This document shows positions 20,402 through 30,371 of a stretch of DNA of 64,000 bases, piece after piece (the stretch's first letter is position 1; each line of letters begins with the position of its first letter). Position numbers and translations under genes: made by a program. Source of the stretch: Candidatus Magasanikiibacteriota bacterium (GTDB lineage Bacteria > Patescibacteriota > Patescibacteriia > Magasanikbacterales > UBA922); contig DOMK01000018.1 of the NCBI GenBank assembly GCA_003510435.1, positions 14,121-78,120 of the forward strand, in the 5' to 3' direction. The notes under the pieces are model-generated. The model saw nothing but the letters and a program-made list of their open reading frames with translations. It did no database searches and was not told where the DNA came from.

Positions 20402-21868
20402 TTAATTATTATTTTGTGGAGTAAGAATCCTTACTGTGCCATGATTAGCTCGCACAGCCACAACATCACCAGTCTTAATTTGGGTAGTGGCGGTGTGAGT
20501 ATCTATTATACATGGTTTACCAGCCAAACGAGCATTAATAGCGGCATGACAAAGCATTCCCCCAGCATTAGTAATTATGGCCCCGGCTTTTTTTATAATT
20601 TCTAACATTTTGTCATCAGTCATCTCGGTAATCAAAATTTCTCCAGCCTGAAACTTTTTTATATCCTCGGCTTTTTCTATCACCCGAGCAACACCTTGGG
20701 CATAGCCCTGTGCCCCCACCTTGCCAGCAATGGCTCGACCCAATTCACTTTGCTGTAAAATTTCTTGCAATTCTTCATAAACTTTTTTAACTTCCACCCC
20801 TTCAATAATTTTGTAATCCTTACCCAATACCGAAAGCAAAAAACCCTGACTAAAACGATTTTTTAGAATTTGTTTTTTTATTAAGCCACGCAACAAATTG
20901 TCCAATTCTTCAAAAGTCAAAAAAAATAAATATTTCTCATCAATGCCTGAAATTTTTGCCAGCAGTTTAAATAGCTTAATCCACAACTCTTGAACTTGCA
21001 AATTAACTCCCTGCCGATATTCGCGCCATTGTCCCAACTCTTTAAAAAACTCCAAAGGATTGGTATCCAATTTATATTTTTTCAAAATTATCATGGTCAA
21101 CTGGCGGTGTTTTTTGGCACGCGCAATCTCCTCTTTGGTATTTTTATTTTTGTCTAAAACTTTTTCACTGGTTAAAAGTTCAGCAATTTCCATTTGCGAA
21201 AAATTATAAATCTTGCCAATTCGTGCTACTTCTTTGTTGTCATAGCCCAAATCAAAACTATCAATAAATATTGCTGTAGACCAAAACTTTTCCAAAATGC
21301 TTTGCCATTGTTTCAAAAATTCTAATAATTCATTTGTATCCCATTCTGCTGGTAAACCAGTCGCATATTCCTGGCAAAACGCTTCTACTTTTTTTCCATA
21401 ATCAAAAAAACTTTCTTTTAGTTCAAAATGTCGCCGGCTTAATTCTCCATATTCTTTATAAACACTTTCTGCCATCTCTGCAAATGCCAAGGTAGTGTGC
21501 CAAAAAACCTCACAAGTGCCATTTTTAAAATACACATCACAAGTCCCCAGACCCTCATCAAAAAATTTGGGGTTAGGATGAACAATACCAGTAATTCTGG
21601 GCCAAAAAATGATCGGGCTTAAAGCCAATATTTGCCGATACATTTTGGGAGCACTCTCTTCGCTTTGTTTTGGTTCAAACTCCACAATATCATTAATTTT
21701 CAGACCATATCTTTCGCACAGCTTGTCCAGGGTGGAAAACCAGACTCCTTCAGCTTTGCCATGAAAAAGTGCAGTAATAGTATTGCGATTTATGCCAGTT
21801 TCTTGGCTAATTTCAGACATATTCTTGCCAAGTTTCTTAGCAATGGTATGGATTTTTAGTTTAATCAT
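20402..21868 (-). CDS. Cro/C1 HTH fused to PEP-utilising mobile domain protein
   Basis: N-terminal 'ISQETGINRNTITALFHG...FSTLDKLC'; C-terminal 'GGMLCHAAINARLAGKPCII'. Confidence 0.85.
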   Translation of the reverse strand: MIKLKIHTIAKKLGKNMSEISQETGINRNTITALFHGKAEGVWFSTLDKLCERYGLKINDIVEFEPKQSEESAPKMYRQILALSPIIFWPRITGIVHPNPKFFDEGLGTCDVYFKNGTCEVFWHTTLAFAEMAESVYKEYGELSRRHFELKESFFDYGKKVEAFCQEYATGLPAEWDTNELLEFLKQWQSILEKFWSTAIFIDSFDLGYDNKEVARIGKIYNFSQMEIAELLTSEKVLDKNKNTKEEIARAKKHRQLTMIILKKYKLDTNPLEFFKELGQWREYRQGVNLQVQELWIKLFKLLAKISGIDEKYLFFLTFEELDNLLRGLIKKQILKNRFSQGFLLSVLGKDYKIIEGVEVKKVYEELQEILQQSELGRAIAGKVGAQGYAQGVARVIEKAEDIKKFQAGEILITEMTDDKMLEIIKKAGAIITNAGGMLCHAAINARLAGKPCIIDTHTATTQIKTGDVVAVRANHGTVRILTPQNNN

Positions 21869-21918
21869 ACTTTTTTTCAGTGGAATCATTAATAATCAGT
21901 GTAATCAATGTTACGCAT

Positions 21919-22026
21919 ATTATAGTATATTCAGATAACTTTGTCAATATTTCACAGTTTTTGTAATGGTTTTATTACAAAAATGACCATAATATCATTG
22001 ACAATTAGGGGAAAAATGATTATAAT
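21919..22026. promoter_or_regulatory. divergent sigma70 promoters with operator-like palindrome
   Basis: TTGACA-N17-TATAAT on both strands (21919-21947 minus, 21998-22026 plus); TTTTTGTAAT-N6-ATTACAAAAA between them. Confidence 0.7.
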
Positions 22027-22154
22027 ATCCTGTTTTACCTAGTGGGTAAGACGCTGATCTTTAAAAACTACTGTTTCCTGGAGGGGAATAGTAGAAAAAA
22101 TATTGTTTTACCCAGTTGGTGAAACAAAACGCTCTTTACAACGGAGGACATAAC

Positions 22155-22580
22155 ATGAGCGACTGGTTTTTGCCGACAATTCCCGAAATTCTTGTCGGGA
22201 AAAAAATCGCATTCGTGTGGCCAGAAGAAAAGGGCCAGAGTGATTGGGAAAAGATAGAAGGATATGGGGCACCGGAACATTTCGTGGCTCGCGACATTCG
22301 CGAGGGGCTGAGCATTCCTCTCGAGAGAATTGATTATATAGTTCTTTACCAGGGAAAATCTGCAATTTGCACGTACAGAATATTGAGATACCTTAAAGCC
22401 TGTGGGTTCCCCGCGAAAAAAGTATTTGTTGCCCTGTGTGGATGTTCAAGGGAAGACCACGAAATCGTCATGAAAGACATGGGTTTCGAAAGTCTCGCAG
22501 GGGTGATTCCAGTACCCTGCCAAGCTTTCCATCATGTGATTTGTCAGTGGGTTCTCGCACACCACGCTTCTCCTTCTTAG
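22155..22580 (+). CDS. hypothetical protein (GC-richer than flanks)
   Basis: GGAGG SD at 22143; own consensus promoter. Confidence 0.65.
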   Translation: MSDWFLPTIPEILVGKKIAFVWPEEKGQSDWEKIEGYGAPEHFVARDIREGLSIPLERIDYIVLYQGKSAICTYRILRYLKACGFPAKKVFVALCGCSREDHEIVMKDMGFESLAGVIPVPCQAFHHVICQWVLAHHASPS

Positions 22581-22675
22581 ATCACTAGGTGCACAACCTG
22601 GATGATCATCGGGTTTTGCTCGATTACCCTTCAAGTCTGCACAGACAAATCGAGCCTTCCATTGTTTTATTCTTC

Positions 22676-22703
22676 CCTCCTTCGCTCTACCAAGCTACGG
22701 AGG
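22676..22703. repeat. palindromic element CCTCCTTCGCTCTACCAAGCTACGGAGG
   Basis: Related, in inverted orientation, to the element at 2518-2542. Confidence 0.65.
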
Positions 22704-22740
22704 ATAATAAAAGGATAAAATTTAGAAAGAAAAAAACAAA

Positions 22741-22761
22741 ACTCCCCACAAAGGAGTTTTT
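22741..22761. repeat. terminator-like direct repeat, copy 2
   Basis: ACTCCCCACAAAGGAGTTTTT followed by TGATATAAT (extended -10). Confidence 0.7.
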
Positions 22762-22778
22762 GTGATATAATATTACCA

Positions 22779-22841
22779 ACACATAACACGAGACACATAT
22801 CACGTAACAATTGATATGTGATATGTGTTATATGATACGTG
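22779..22841. repeat. inverted degenerate heptamer arrays (CACATAA/CACATAT/CACGTAA)
   Basis: 25 bp (22785-22809) is the exact reverse complement of 59763-59787; related array at 27215-27247. Confidence 0.75.
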
Positions 22842-22845
22842 AATT

Positions 22846-23940
22846 ATGTTCAACAACCCTTTCCCCAACGCCTTTGGTCTAGATATTGGGGACCTATCAA
22901 TAAAATTAGTTCAACTTAGAAATGTTTCCTTGATCCGTAGGAAGCCAACTTATCAACTAATAAATTTTCGTTCTATAAGTTTACCACCTGGTTTAATTGT
23001 TAATGGTGAATTGCAAAAACCAGAAGAGGTTAGACTGCGTATTCAACGTTTATTAAAAGGTAATAAAAATCAAAAACCAATTACTGACCCATGGGTCATA
23101 TCAGTCTTACCCGAAATGCAAAGCTTTATAAAATTGATTGATACTGAACAAAATATTGAGGATCTGCTAGATGAGGATATAAAAGAACTAGCCAAAAAAC
23201 ATATTCCTTATGATGATGATGGTAGTTATTATGTGGAATGGCAAATTATGCCAAAAGTTGGTGATAAAAATAGAATCCTCATTGGCGCTGTACCAAAAAC
23301 TATTGCTGATAGTTATACTTATTTATTAGAAAGTTTAGGCTTGGGTGTAGTGGCTTTAGAAATTGAGGCCTTGCCCATTGCCCGGTCTATGATTACCGCG
23401 AGTAAAGAATATGAAAACGAAGCCAGAGCCCTTCTAGATCTCGGCGCAGCCAGGTCTAGTTTTATTGTTTATGATCATGACATTGTCCAATTTAGCACGA
23501 GCATTCCTTTTTCTGGAGAAATTATTACCACAGCTCTATCACAACAATTACATGTTAGCCATGAAGAAGCCGAGGCTTTAAAAATAAAACAGGGTTTGGA
23601 ATATAATAAAGGTAATAAAGTGTGGCGAGTAAATACTAAAATAATTGATGACTTGGTCAAAAATATAAAAGATGCCATTGAATTTTATTATTCTCATTTT
23701 TCCAATCCAAATAAAATAACCAGAATTACCATGTGTGGTGGTACGGCTAATATAAAAAAATTAGACAAAATATTATCTACCAAATTAAAAATCACGACTC
23801 GACCCGGGCACCCTTGGAAAAATCTTTCTTCCAACAAATCTATCCCTATGTCCGAAGAAGAGTCTATTAGTTATTCCACTGCTATTGGCCTAGCCCTAAG
23901 GGCGGCTGATAATCCATTTTTTACTTACGACGCTCTATGA
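22846..23940 (+). CDS. pilM: type IV pilus assembly protein PilM
   Basis: Actin-like fold: FGLDIGD, LDLGA, MCGGTA, AIGLALR. Confidence 0.92.
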   Translation: MFNNPFPNAFGLDIGDLSIKLVQLRNVSLIRRKPTYQLINFRSISLPPGLIVNGELQKPEEVRLRIQRLLKGNKNQKPITDPWVISVLPEMQSFIKLIDTEQNIEDLLDEDIKELAKKHIPYDDDGSYYVEWQIMPKVGDKNRILIGAVPKTIADSYTYLLESLGLGVVALEIEALPIARSMITASKEYENEARALLDLGAARSSFIVYDHDIVQFSTSIPFSGEIITTALSQQLHVSHEEAEALKIKQGLEYNKGNKVWRVNTKIIDDLVKNIKDAIEFYYSHFSNPNKITRITMCGGTANIKKLDKILSTKLKITTRPGHPWKNLSSNKSIPMSEEESISYSTAIGLALRAADNPFFTYDAL

Positions 23941-24464
23941 TCCCCCACCGCTTAAATTTATTATCACCAGACAAAAGAAAACTATTAAAAAGAATGGTCA
24001 ATTTTCAATTTTTAAAAAGTTTATTAGAAATGATTTTATTTTTCTTGAGTATATTTGGGATTGCCCTCCTGGGTGGACAGTGGGTATTACAAGATCATTT
24101 TTATGCTATTACTGGTCATATTAATTCGGTCAACAATAAATACGCTGATAAAAACTTAGAAATAAAAAGTATAAATAAAACTTTAATTCAAACCGAAAAA
24201 ATCCAAAAAGAATACACGGTTTGGACCGTCAAGATAGTTGAACTGACCAATAATATTCCTGATGATATTACTTTGACTGGATTATCATTTGATAAAAATA
24301 GTAAAAAAATAAATATTACTGGTGAGGCTAACAATCGCAATGACCTACTTTTATTTAAACAAAAATTGGAAAACATCCAATGGATAAATTTGGTAGAAGT
24401 CCCCCCTGATCAATTAATCCAAAAAGATAAAATCCAATTTTCTATTACTCCACTCATGAAATAG
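23937..24464 (+). CDS. pilN: PilN-like protein
   Basis: N-terminal LNLL motif, single TM, 'IPDDITL...ITGEA'. Confidence 0.8.
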   Translation: MIPHRLNLLSPDKRKLLKRMVNFQFLKSLLEMILFFLSIFGIALLGGQWVLQDHFYAITGHINSVNNKYADKNLEIKSINKTLIQTEKIQKEYTVWTVKIVELTNNIPDDITLTGLSFDKNSKKINITGEANNRNDLLLFKQKLENIQWINLVEVPPDQLIQKDKIQFSITPLMK

Positions 24465-24465
24465 T

Positions 24466-25056
24466 ATGAACATGTCTCTTAAACAAAAACTTTTGATCTA
24501 TATCCTCGCCATTTTTGTCGTGGTGGTGATTGTGGGCGGATTTATCATTACTCCTACGGTTATAAAAATACTATCTTTGCGCAATGATATTAATAATATT
24601 GAGGGTGAAATGGAATCACGTTATAAAAAAATCCAATCCTTAAAGCTATCTGTTCAGAAATTGCCAATCATAAAATCTGAAACAAATAAATTTTCTGAAA
24701 TCACTATCAAACCTGGTGAAGAATTAAATGTTATTACTGAGTTAGAAAAAATTGCTATTGAAAATAATATCGAGCAAAATACTGATTTAGTTTTTGTGGA
24801 TACCAAAAAAGACAAACCTACAAATGCTACCACAAAAAAAGATAACACAGAAAAACCCTTACCCCAATATTACAAATTTTCATTTTTAAATAATGGTTAT
24901 TTTGCTGATCATATAAAATATTTACAAGCTTTGGAAAAGCTACCATATTATATGGTAATAGATAAATTAAGTTTTGAAAAAAAAAATAATGACGAAAAAC
25001 AACCAAATAAAATTACTCTTCGTTTTGATGCAATTATCTATGTGGACAATAAATAA
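24466..25056 (+). CDS. pilO: PilO-like protein
   Basis: TM plus coiled coil and 'YLQALEKLPY'; follows pilMN. Confidence 0.7.
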   Translation: MNMSLKQKLLIYILAIFVVVVIVGGFIITPTVIKILSLRNDINNIEGEMESRYKKIQSLKLSVQKLPIIKSETNKFSEITIKPGEELNVITELEKIAIENNIEQNTDLVFVDTKKDKPTNATTKKDNTEKPLPQYYKFSFLNNGYFADHIKYLQALEKLPYYMVIDKLSFEKKNNDEKQPNKITLRFDAIIYVDNK

Positions 25057-25381
25057 AACTCAAAAAAAAGATGCTTACCAATCAAAAGAATATGGCCAAT
25101 TTATACAATTGCGCATTGTTAGTCTTATTTTTATTGGCTTATTATTAATTGGTTCTACCGTTAGTATTCTTTTCATTTATAAAAATATTTTTGATACCAT
25201 TACCCAAGCTGAAGCGATTATTATGGCCAAAAATAGCCCTATGGTAGAAATAATTGATTTTAGTAGATATGAAACAACAAAAAAAGCTTGGGAAGAAAAA
25301 AATAATCGTGAAACAATAAATCTTACCAAAGACCCTTTTAACGTCATTCAGGTGGTGGTGGAAAAAATAAAACCAAAATAA
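25040..25381 (+). CDS. pilus-associated membrane protein (pilP position)
   Basis: Single TM, C-terminal DPF motif, overlaps the pilO end. Confidence 0.6.
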   Translation: MWTINKTQKKDAYQSKEYGQFIQLRIVSLIFIGLLLIGSTVSILFIYKNIFDTITQAEAIIMAKNSPMVEIIDFSRYETTKKAWEEKNNRETINLTKDPFNVIQVVVEKIKPK

Positions 25382-25385
25382 TTTT

Positions 25386-26477
25386 ATGTTATATCTTTTT
25401 CAACTTGGTCATCAGCCCCACATCTCTACTGCCGAACTTGAGGCAGTTTTTTCACAAAGAAAAATTTCTTACAAAGAAGTATTTAAAAATAATGAATATT
25501 TAATTTTGGAAATTAAAAAAAAGCTTGATACTGATGAACTAATTAACCAACTAGGTGGTATTATAAAAATTGGTGAACAAATTGAATTGGATTTAATTGA
25601 TTATTTAAAAACCAAATATGGAAAGATAATTTTTTCTATTAATGATCAAAAACTTGGCATTAACACTAAAAAAGAATTGAAATCTGCTGGTCTGTCTGCT
25701 CGCTATGTAGAACCAAAAAATACCGCCACTATTCTCCACAATAATCTAGTCAAAAGACAAACTGATTTAACTGTAATTGATAAAAAACTTTTTTACACGT
25801 CAGCGATCCAGCCTTTTGAAGCTATGGGCGAGCGTGATTTTGATCGGCCTGGGAGTGATGACAAATCTGGCATGCTCCCTCCAAAATTAGCCAAAATAAT
25901 GATTAATTTGTCTTTGGTAGATAAAGCAAAAACTATTTTAGATCCATTCTGCGGTTCTGGAACTGTTTTGACCGAAGCCATGGTAATGGGTTATAAATAT
26001 TTGCTTGGTTCGGATATTTCTCCCAAAGCAATCGATGATACAGAAAAAAATATACTGTGGATAAAAGACAACTATCAAATAACCGATCTGAAATACAAAC
26101 TTCATGAATGCGATGCCACCCAACTTCATCAGATTATAATTCCAAACTCAATAAACACCATCGTCACCGAGCCATATTTGGGTAAACCATTGCGTGGTAA
26201 TGAAAATAAAATCACTTTACAAAAACAAGCTAATGAACTCTCAAAATTATATATAGAAAGTTTCAAATCTTTTTACAAAATTCTCAAAGAGAATGGCACA
26301 GCGGTAATAGTAATTCCCCAGTTTAGATATCAAGACGAATGGATAAAAATTGATTGCATAAAAGAAATTTTAAAATCTGGTTTTGAATTAATGCCATTTG
26401 ACAAAGACGACTGTCTGCTCTATCATCGCCCAAAACAACACGTGGGGCGAACAATTTATAGATTTAAAAAAACCTGA
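25386..26477 (+). CDS. Trm11/UPF0020-like RNA methyltransferase
   Basis: 'RDFDRP...GMLPPKLAKIMINL', DPFCGSGT, TEPYLG. Confidence 0.8.
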   Translation: MLYLFQLGHQPHISTAELEAVFSQRKISYKEVFKNNEYLILEIKKKLDTDELINQLGGIIKIGEQIELDLIDYLKTKYGKIIFSINDQKLGINTKKELKSAGLSARYVEPKNTATILHNNLVKRQTDLTVIDKKLFYTSAIQPFEAMGERDFDRPGSDDKSGMLPPKLAKIMINLSLVDKAKTILDPFCGSGTVLTEAMVMGYKYLLGSDISPKAIDDTEKNILWIKDNYQITDLKYKLHECDATQLHQIIIPNSINTIVTEPYLGKPLRGNENKITLQKQANELSKLYIESFKSFYKILKENGTAVIVIPQFRYQDEWIKIDCIKEILKSGFELMPFDKDDCLLYHRPKQHVGRTIYRFKKT

Positions 26478-26500
26478 TTTTAATCAGGTTTTTTTAAATC
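26461..26500. terminator. bidirectional terminator
   Basis: GATTTAAAAAAACCTGATT-TT-AATCAGGTTTTTTTAAATC inverted repeat between convergent genes. Confidence 0.8.
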
Positions 26501-26513
26501 TAATTACTAACTC

Positions 26514-27113
26514 CTATTCTGTTCTCAATTCACTTAAATCACCTCTCTCTAATTGTGCCTTATAATTATGAACGTAATGCCAAAGATTCCAAAAATTTAT
26601 AACCTCATCTCTATTCTTAGTCATATCAGATAATTTAAAACCTAATTTTTCCAATAATAATTTAAATTCTGGCTCACCTATCCAAGGATATTGTTTGATA
26701 TCAATGTTAAACTCCACACTACTAATGCCACCTTGTTCATCTTTGTATAAAAGATCTCCACTAAAACCAGAGTCAGTTTTTGTAATTTCACCTCCTCTAA
26801 AAAAAGCCGTCTTCGGCGCAAAATCTTCAAAACCATTAATGCCCTCTACCACCAAACCAGAAGCATTTCCACCTAAGGCTGAATCGGTCTGTATCTCGGC
26901 ATCGCTTTGTTGTCCAATCATCCCAAGATTGTGTTCACGAAAAGCCCTGACCCTCTCCCCAGCTTGTCTAATTGTTTCTGCATCAGCAAAAGACTTGGTG
27001 TTCGTTGTGAGATGTTCACCTACTTTATCTAGAACTTCTTGGTGTTTTTCCTCATTTGCCCAAAAAGCCCCGTAGTCATGTGCACCCCATCCACTTTTTC
27101 CAAAGTCATTCAT
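26514..27113 (-). CDS. hypothetical protein
   Basis: 199-aa ORF with its own promoter-like upstream region. Confidence 0.65.
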   Translation of the reverse strand: MNDFGKSGWGAHDYGAFWANEEKHQEVLDKVGEHLTTNTKSFADAETIRQAGERVRAFREHNLGMIGQQSDAEIQTDSALGGNASGLVVEGINGFEDFAPKTAFFRGGEITKTDSGFSGDLLYKDEQGGISSVEFNIDIKQYPWIGEPEFKLLLEKLGFKLSDMTKNRDEVINFWNLWHYVHNYKAQLERGDLSELRTE

Positions 27114-27245
27114 ATTTTTATTTTTAAAAATTAATATATATAAACATTATCATTTCAACCAAAAATAGTCAAATAGCACACTTTATAAAAATTAAACTCC
27201 AAAAACATATAATTTGTGTTATGTGGTTCGTGATATGTGATCGTG

Positions 27246-29060
27246 TTATTCAAACAACTTTTCCACTTTCACCCCTGTATAATAATGCTTTAATAATTCT
27301 ACAAAATCAGCCCCTTCATTTTTCGCTCGCAAATTGGCATCGCGCTGACTCATACCCACACCATGACCTAGTATCTTTTTACCTTTGTCATATTCTGCTG
27401 TCACTGGCACTAACCACGGCTTATTGGCTCCACCCCAAACGCTAGAAAAGCTCTTAGTTTTGCCATTACTATTACCAAAATATGGTGTAGTCACGACTTC
27501 ATCATTATAAGTCACAAACACTCCTCGTGTAGCTTCCTGAGCCTCTACGACCATTGGTAAGACTTCTTCGGCTTCATAGCCAAGATAGAGTTGATCATAA
27601 GTATTGGCCACCACATCAAAAAATGGATATTTATTTCTTGAAACATAAACATAATTACGTGCGGCTACCAAATTCGCTTTGATAAATTCAATTGAATCAG
27701 CTCTGCCAACTTCGGCCATACCCTTTACATAATCCTCTATTAACAAATCATTAACAATATACATTTTTTTATCAACTATTCCCTGACGGTACTCCACTGC
27801 CCCACGATATTTATTAAACAATTTATTTGGATCCACCCACTTAGCTACTCGAGTATTCAAATTTGGAATATGAAAAACTGCATTGGGCTTCGTAGTTGGT
27901 TCCAGACGAATAAAATTTTCACTACTAAAATCTAAATCCCCACCTTTAAAACTATATTCACCATCATTATATTTAATAACAACAAATTTTCTTTCTAATA
28001 AAATTCCTTTTAATTCATTACCACTAAATACATTATAATCATCTTCATAAGATCGAAATTGAATAAAATTTGTTTCCGGTGCAGTTATGCCTACTCTTAC
28101 TCTTGGCTCATTTTCCAAACGAATATTATTTACTACACCATTATCTTCTACTTCAGTTTCCAATTCTGATACTTCATATTCATCTGGTGCATCAGCTGTC
28201 ACTGTAACTGGGATGTTAACTTCATCAATGAATTTTCCTTCATCAATCTCTAATTTAAATTTGGCAACATAATCACCTTTTTTGGCTGGGGTACGGAAAT
28301 AAAATGTTTCCCGTAAAAACTTAGCTGGTAAAATCTCTTCTTCTTTTTCAAATACTTTACCACTACTATTCCAAGTTCTATCTGAATAAATTTTATCTTC
28401 ATTAGTCAATTTATATTTATTCCAAGTGTTCTGACCTTCATTTTGATAACCAAGAATAATTTTAATTTGTTCTCCCCCGATAGCTGTCACCGACTTCTTA
28501 CTCAAAATTAATCTTTTAGCGCTATAACTAGAATCATTGACACTAGGCGCTATTTCATCTTCTACTGGTACTTCCACCACTATCTTTTTTGGTACAACTT
28601 TTATTTTAAAATAAAAATAGCCACTCTTTACCCAAGAATAATTTTCTGCAGCCAAATAAAATTTTTCTATATATTCTCCAGTCTTTTCTGGCGCTTGCAA
28701 ATCAATGGTCAGTTCGGCCACTCCACCTGGTTTTACTTGAGCGGATATTTTCCCAGTTTGTTTGCCATTCGTCCAATTTTTGCCTTTAAAAACAGATACT
28801 CGATCTCTTGGCTCCATAGTATAGGCAGAAATAAAACGACTACCAGAAGAATTCCAAGTAGCTGTCCCGGTATTTTTAAATTTTATTACCACGGTCTTCG
28901 TACTACCAGCCTCAATTTCAATTGGGTCAGATACTGACTGAGAGACATATTTGGCAGAATAGGCCTCGTCTTTTATCACTACCTCTGGTTCAACGGCTTT
29001 AGCTGAATTCATTAAAAATAAACTAAATATTATAGCGAAAAATATGGTTTTTTTATTCAT
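27246..29060 (-). CDS. secreted SpoIID/LytB-domain protein with Ig-like (NBR1-type) domains
   Basis: Signal peptide; 'FKNTGTATW'; 'EDYVKGMAE...AARNY...DQLYLG...GHGVGMSQ...HYYTG'. Confidence 0.88.
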   Translation of the reverse strand: MNKKTIFFAIIFSLFLMNSAKAVEPEVVIKDEAYSAKYVSQSVSDPIEIEAGSTKTVVIKFKNTGTATWNSSGSRFISAYTMEPRDRVSVFKGKNWTNGKQTGKISAQVKPGGVAELTIDLQAPEKTGEYIEKFYLAAENYSWVKSGYFYFKIKVVPKKIVVEVPVEDEIAPSVNDSSYSAKRLILSKKSVTAIGGEQIKIILGYQNEGQNTWNKYKLTNEDKIYSDRTWNSSGKVFEKEEEILPAKFLRETFYFRTPAKKGDYVAKFKLEIDEGKFIDEVNIPVTVTADAPDEYEVSELETEVEDNGVVNNIRLENEPRVRVGITAPETNFIQFRSYEDDYNVFSGNELKGILLERKFVVIKYNDGEYSFKGGDLDFSSENFIRLEPTTKPNAVFHIPNLNTRVAKWVDPNKLFNKYRGAVEYRQGIVDKKMYIVNDLLIEDYVKGMAEVGRADSIEFIKANLVAARNYVYVSRNKYPFFDVVANTYDQLYLGYEAEEVLPMVVEAQEATRGVFVTYNDEVVTTPYFGNSNGKTKSFSSVWGGANKPWLVPVTAEYDKGKKILGHGVGMSQRDANLRAKNEGADFVELLKHYYTGVKVEKLFE

Positions 29061-29205
29061 AGATGAATATTATAACAAAATTTTAGTGATTTGAAAACAT
29101 GTCACACAATCAATTGATATTTTAGCCAAAAAATGATAAACATACAACAAAAAACCAAATAACTTTGGTCATTTGGTCTTATTAAAATTAAAATATTTAA
29201 AGCTT

Positions 29206-30180
29206 CTATTCTTTATCAATTTCATCACCAACTGCACCAAGAGTAGGTCTATCTTTACTTTCAATTGCAGGAGTACCACCAACAACCTCAAAACTGTATA
29301 CTCGTTTCAAAATCAATGCGATTACTAATTTAGCATTAATAACGCTGGGTCTTTTTTCAAAAAAATTACTTTTTGGCAAAAAATCTTGCACCAAACGTAA
29401 TATTTCAGGATCTTTGGGTTTTTCTTTTAACAGTTTAGGAATAATATCGCATAACAAATCAATGTTTTCAGTACCTAAATGGCCTAGTTTAAGTGCAAAA
29501 TCGGCTGCTTCTTTTAATCTACCCATATCTTTCAGTGCACGAGTAAAATTTTCATCTTTTCCTTTAAATTTTGTACGTTCTTTAAGTGAATGAATTTCTG
29601 CTAAAAAAAATTCCACAAAATCTTCCTCGCCTAACTTTTGAATCCTAGGCATTATAGCACATAAAAAATCAAATAATTCATCTTCACCATTTGCACCGGA
29701 TAATCTTAATTTTGGACCACCAGTCACAGCTTTTTTCAACCTTTCATAAAAACTTTTAAATTTTTCTAAAGCCTCTATTGTTTTTCCTCCTAATTTTGCA
29801 ATTTCTTCAACTGACATAAATACATCAACAAGACAGACACCCGGTGCCTGCAGATTTAAATTCCCATTTACAAAATTATCTAGAGAAGTCTCAAGAAGCA
29901 TTAAAGCTTGTTCAATTTCTCCAGCATCTTCACAATTACGGGCCATTTGTCGCATGGCTGATGCTTCATTATTAACTCTATATGACCAAGATGTCATATC
30001 TCTAGTATCTAAACCAGCAGTGCCTCCTATTGCTTCACCAAAAATATTTAACGCTTGCTTATCAACAGATAATTTTAAGTCATCACCAGACTCTGGTTTA
30101 ACTAGATCACCAGCTTTATCACCAGATTGTCCAACTACTTCTGCTGGTGGTAATATAAAGGGTTTTCTTTCATCTGTCAT
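29206..30180 (-). CDS. hypothetical protein
   Basis: 324-aa helical ORF. Confidence 0.65.
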   Translation of the reverse strand: MTDERKPFILPPAEVVGQSGDKAGDLVKPESGDDLKLSVDKQALNIFGEAIGGTAGLDTRDMTSWSYRVNNEASAMRQMARNCEDAGEIEQALMLLETSLDNFVNGNLNLQAPGVCLVDVFMSVEEIAKLGGKTIEALEKFKSFYERLKKAVTGGPKLRLSGANGEDELFDFLCAIMPRIQKLGEEDFVEFFLAEIHSLKERTKFKGKDENFTRALKDMGRLKEAADFALKLGHLGTENIDLLCDIIPKLLKEKPKDPEILRLVQDFLPKSNFFEKRPSVINAKLVIALILKRVYSFEVVGGTPAIESKDRPTLGAVGDEIDKE

Positions 30181-30371
30181 ATAAATATTGGTTATAAATT
30201 TATAATTATTACAATAATATTATGGAATATTTTTATATTAACATAATGTATATAAAAAAACAAGATTATTGTAATCTTAGAGAAAAAATGATAAACTGGA
30301 CATACACATACAAAATATAGCGGACAAAATACAACCTGTATGTTGATATGTGTATTTTGTATATTGTTAAT

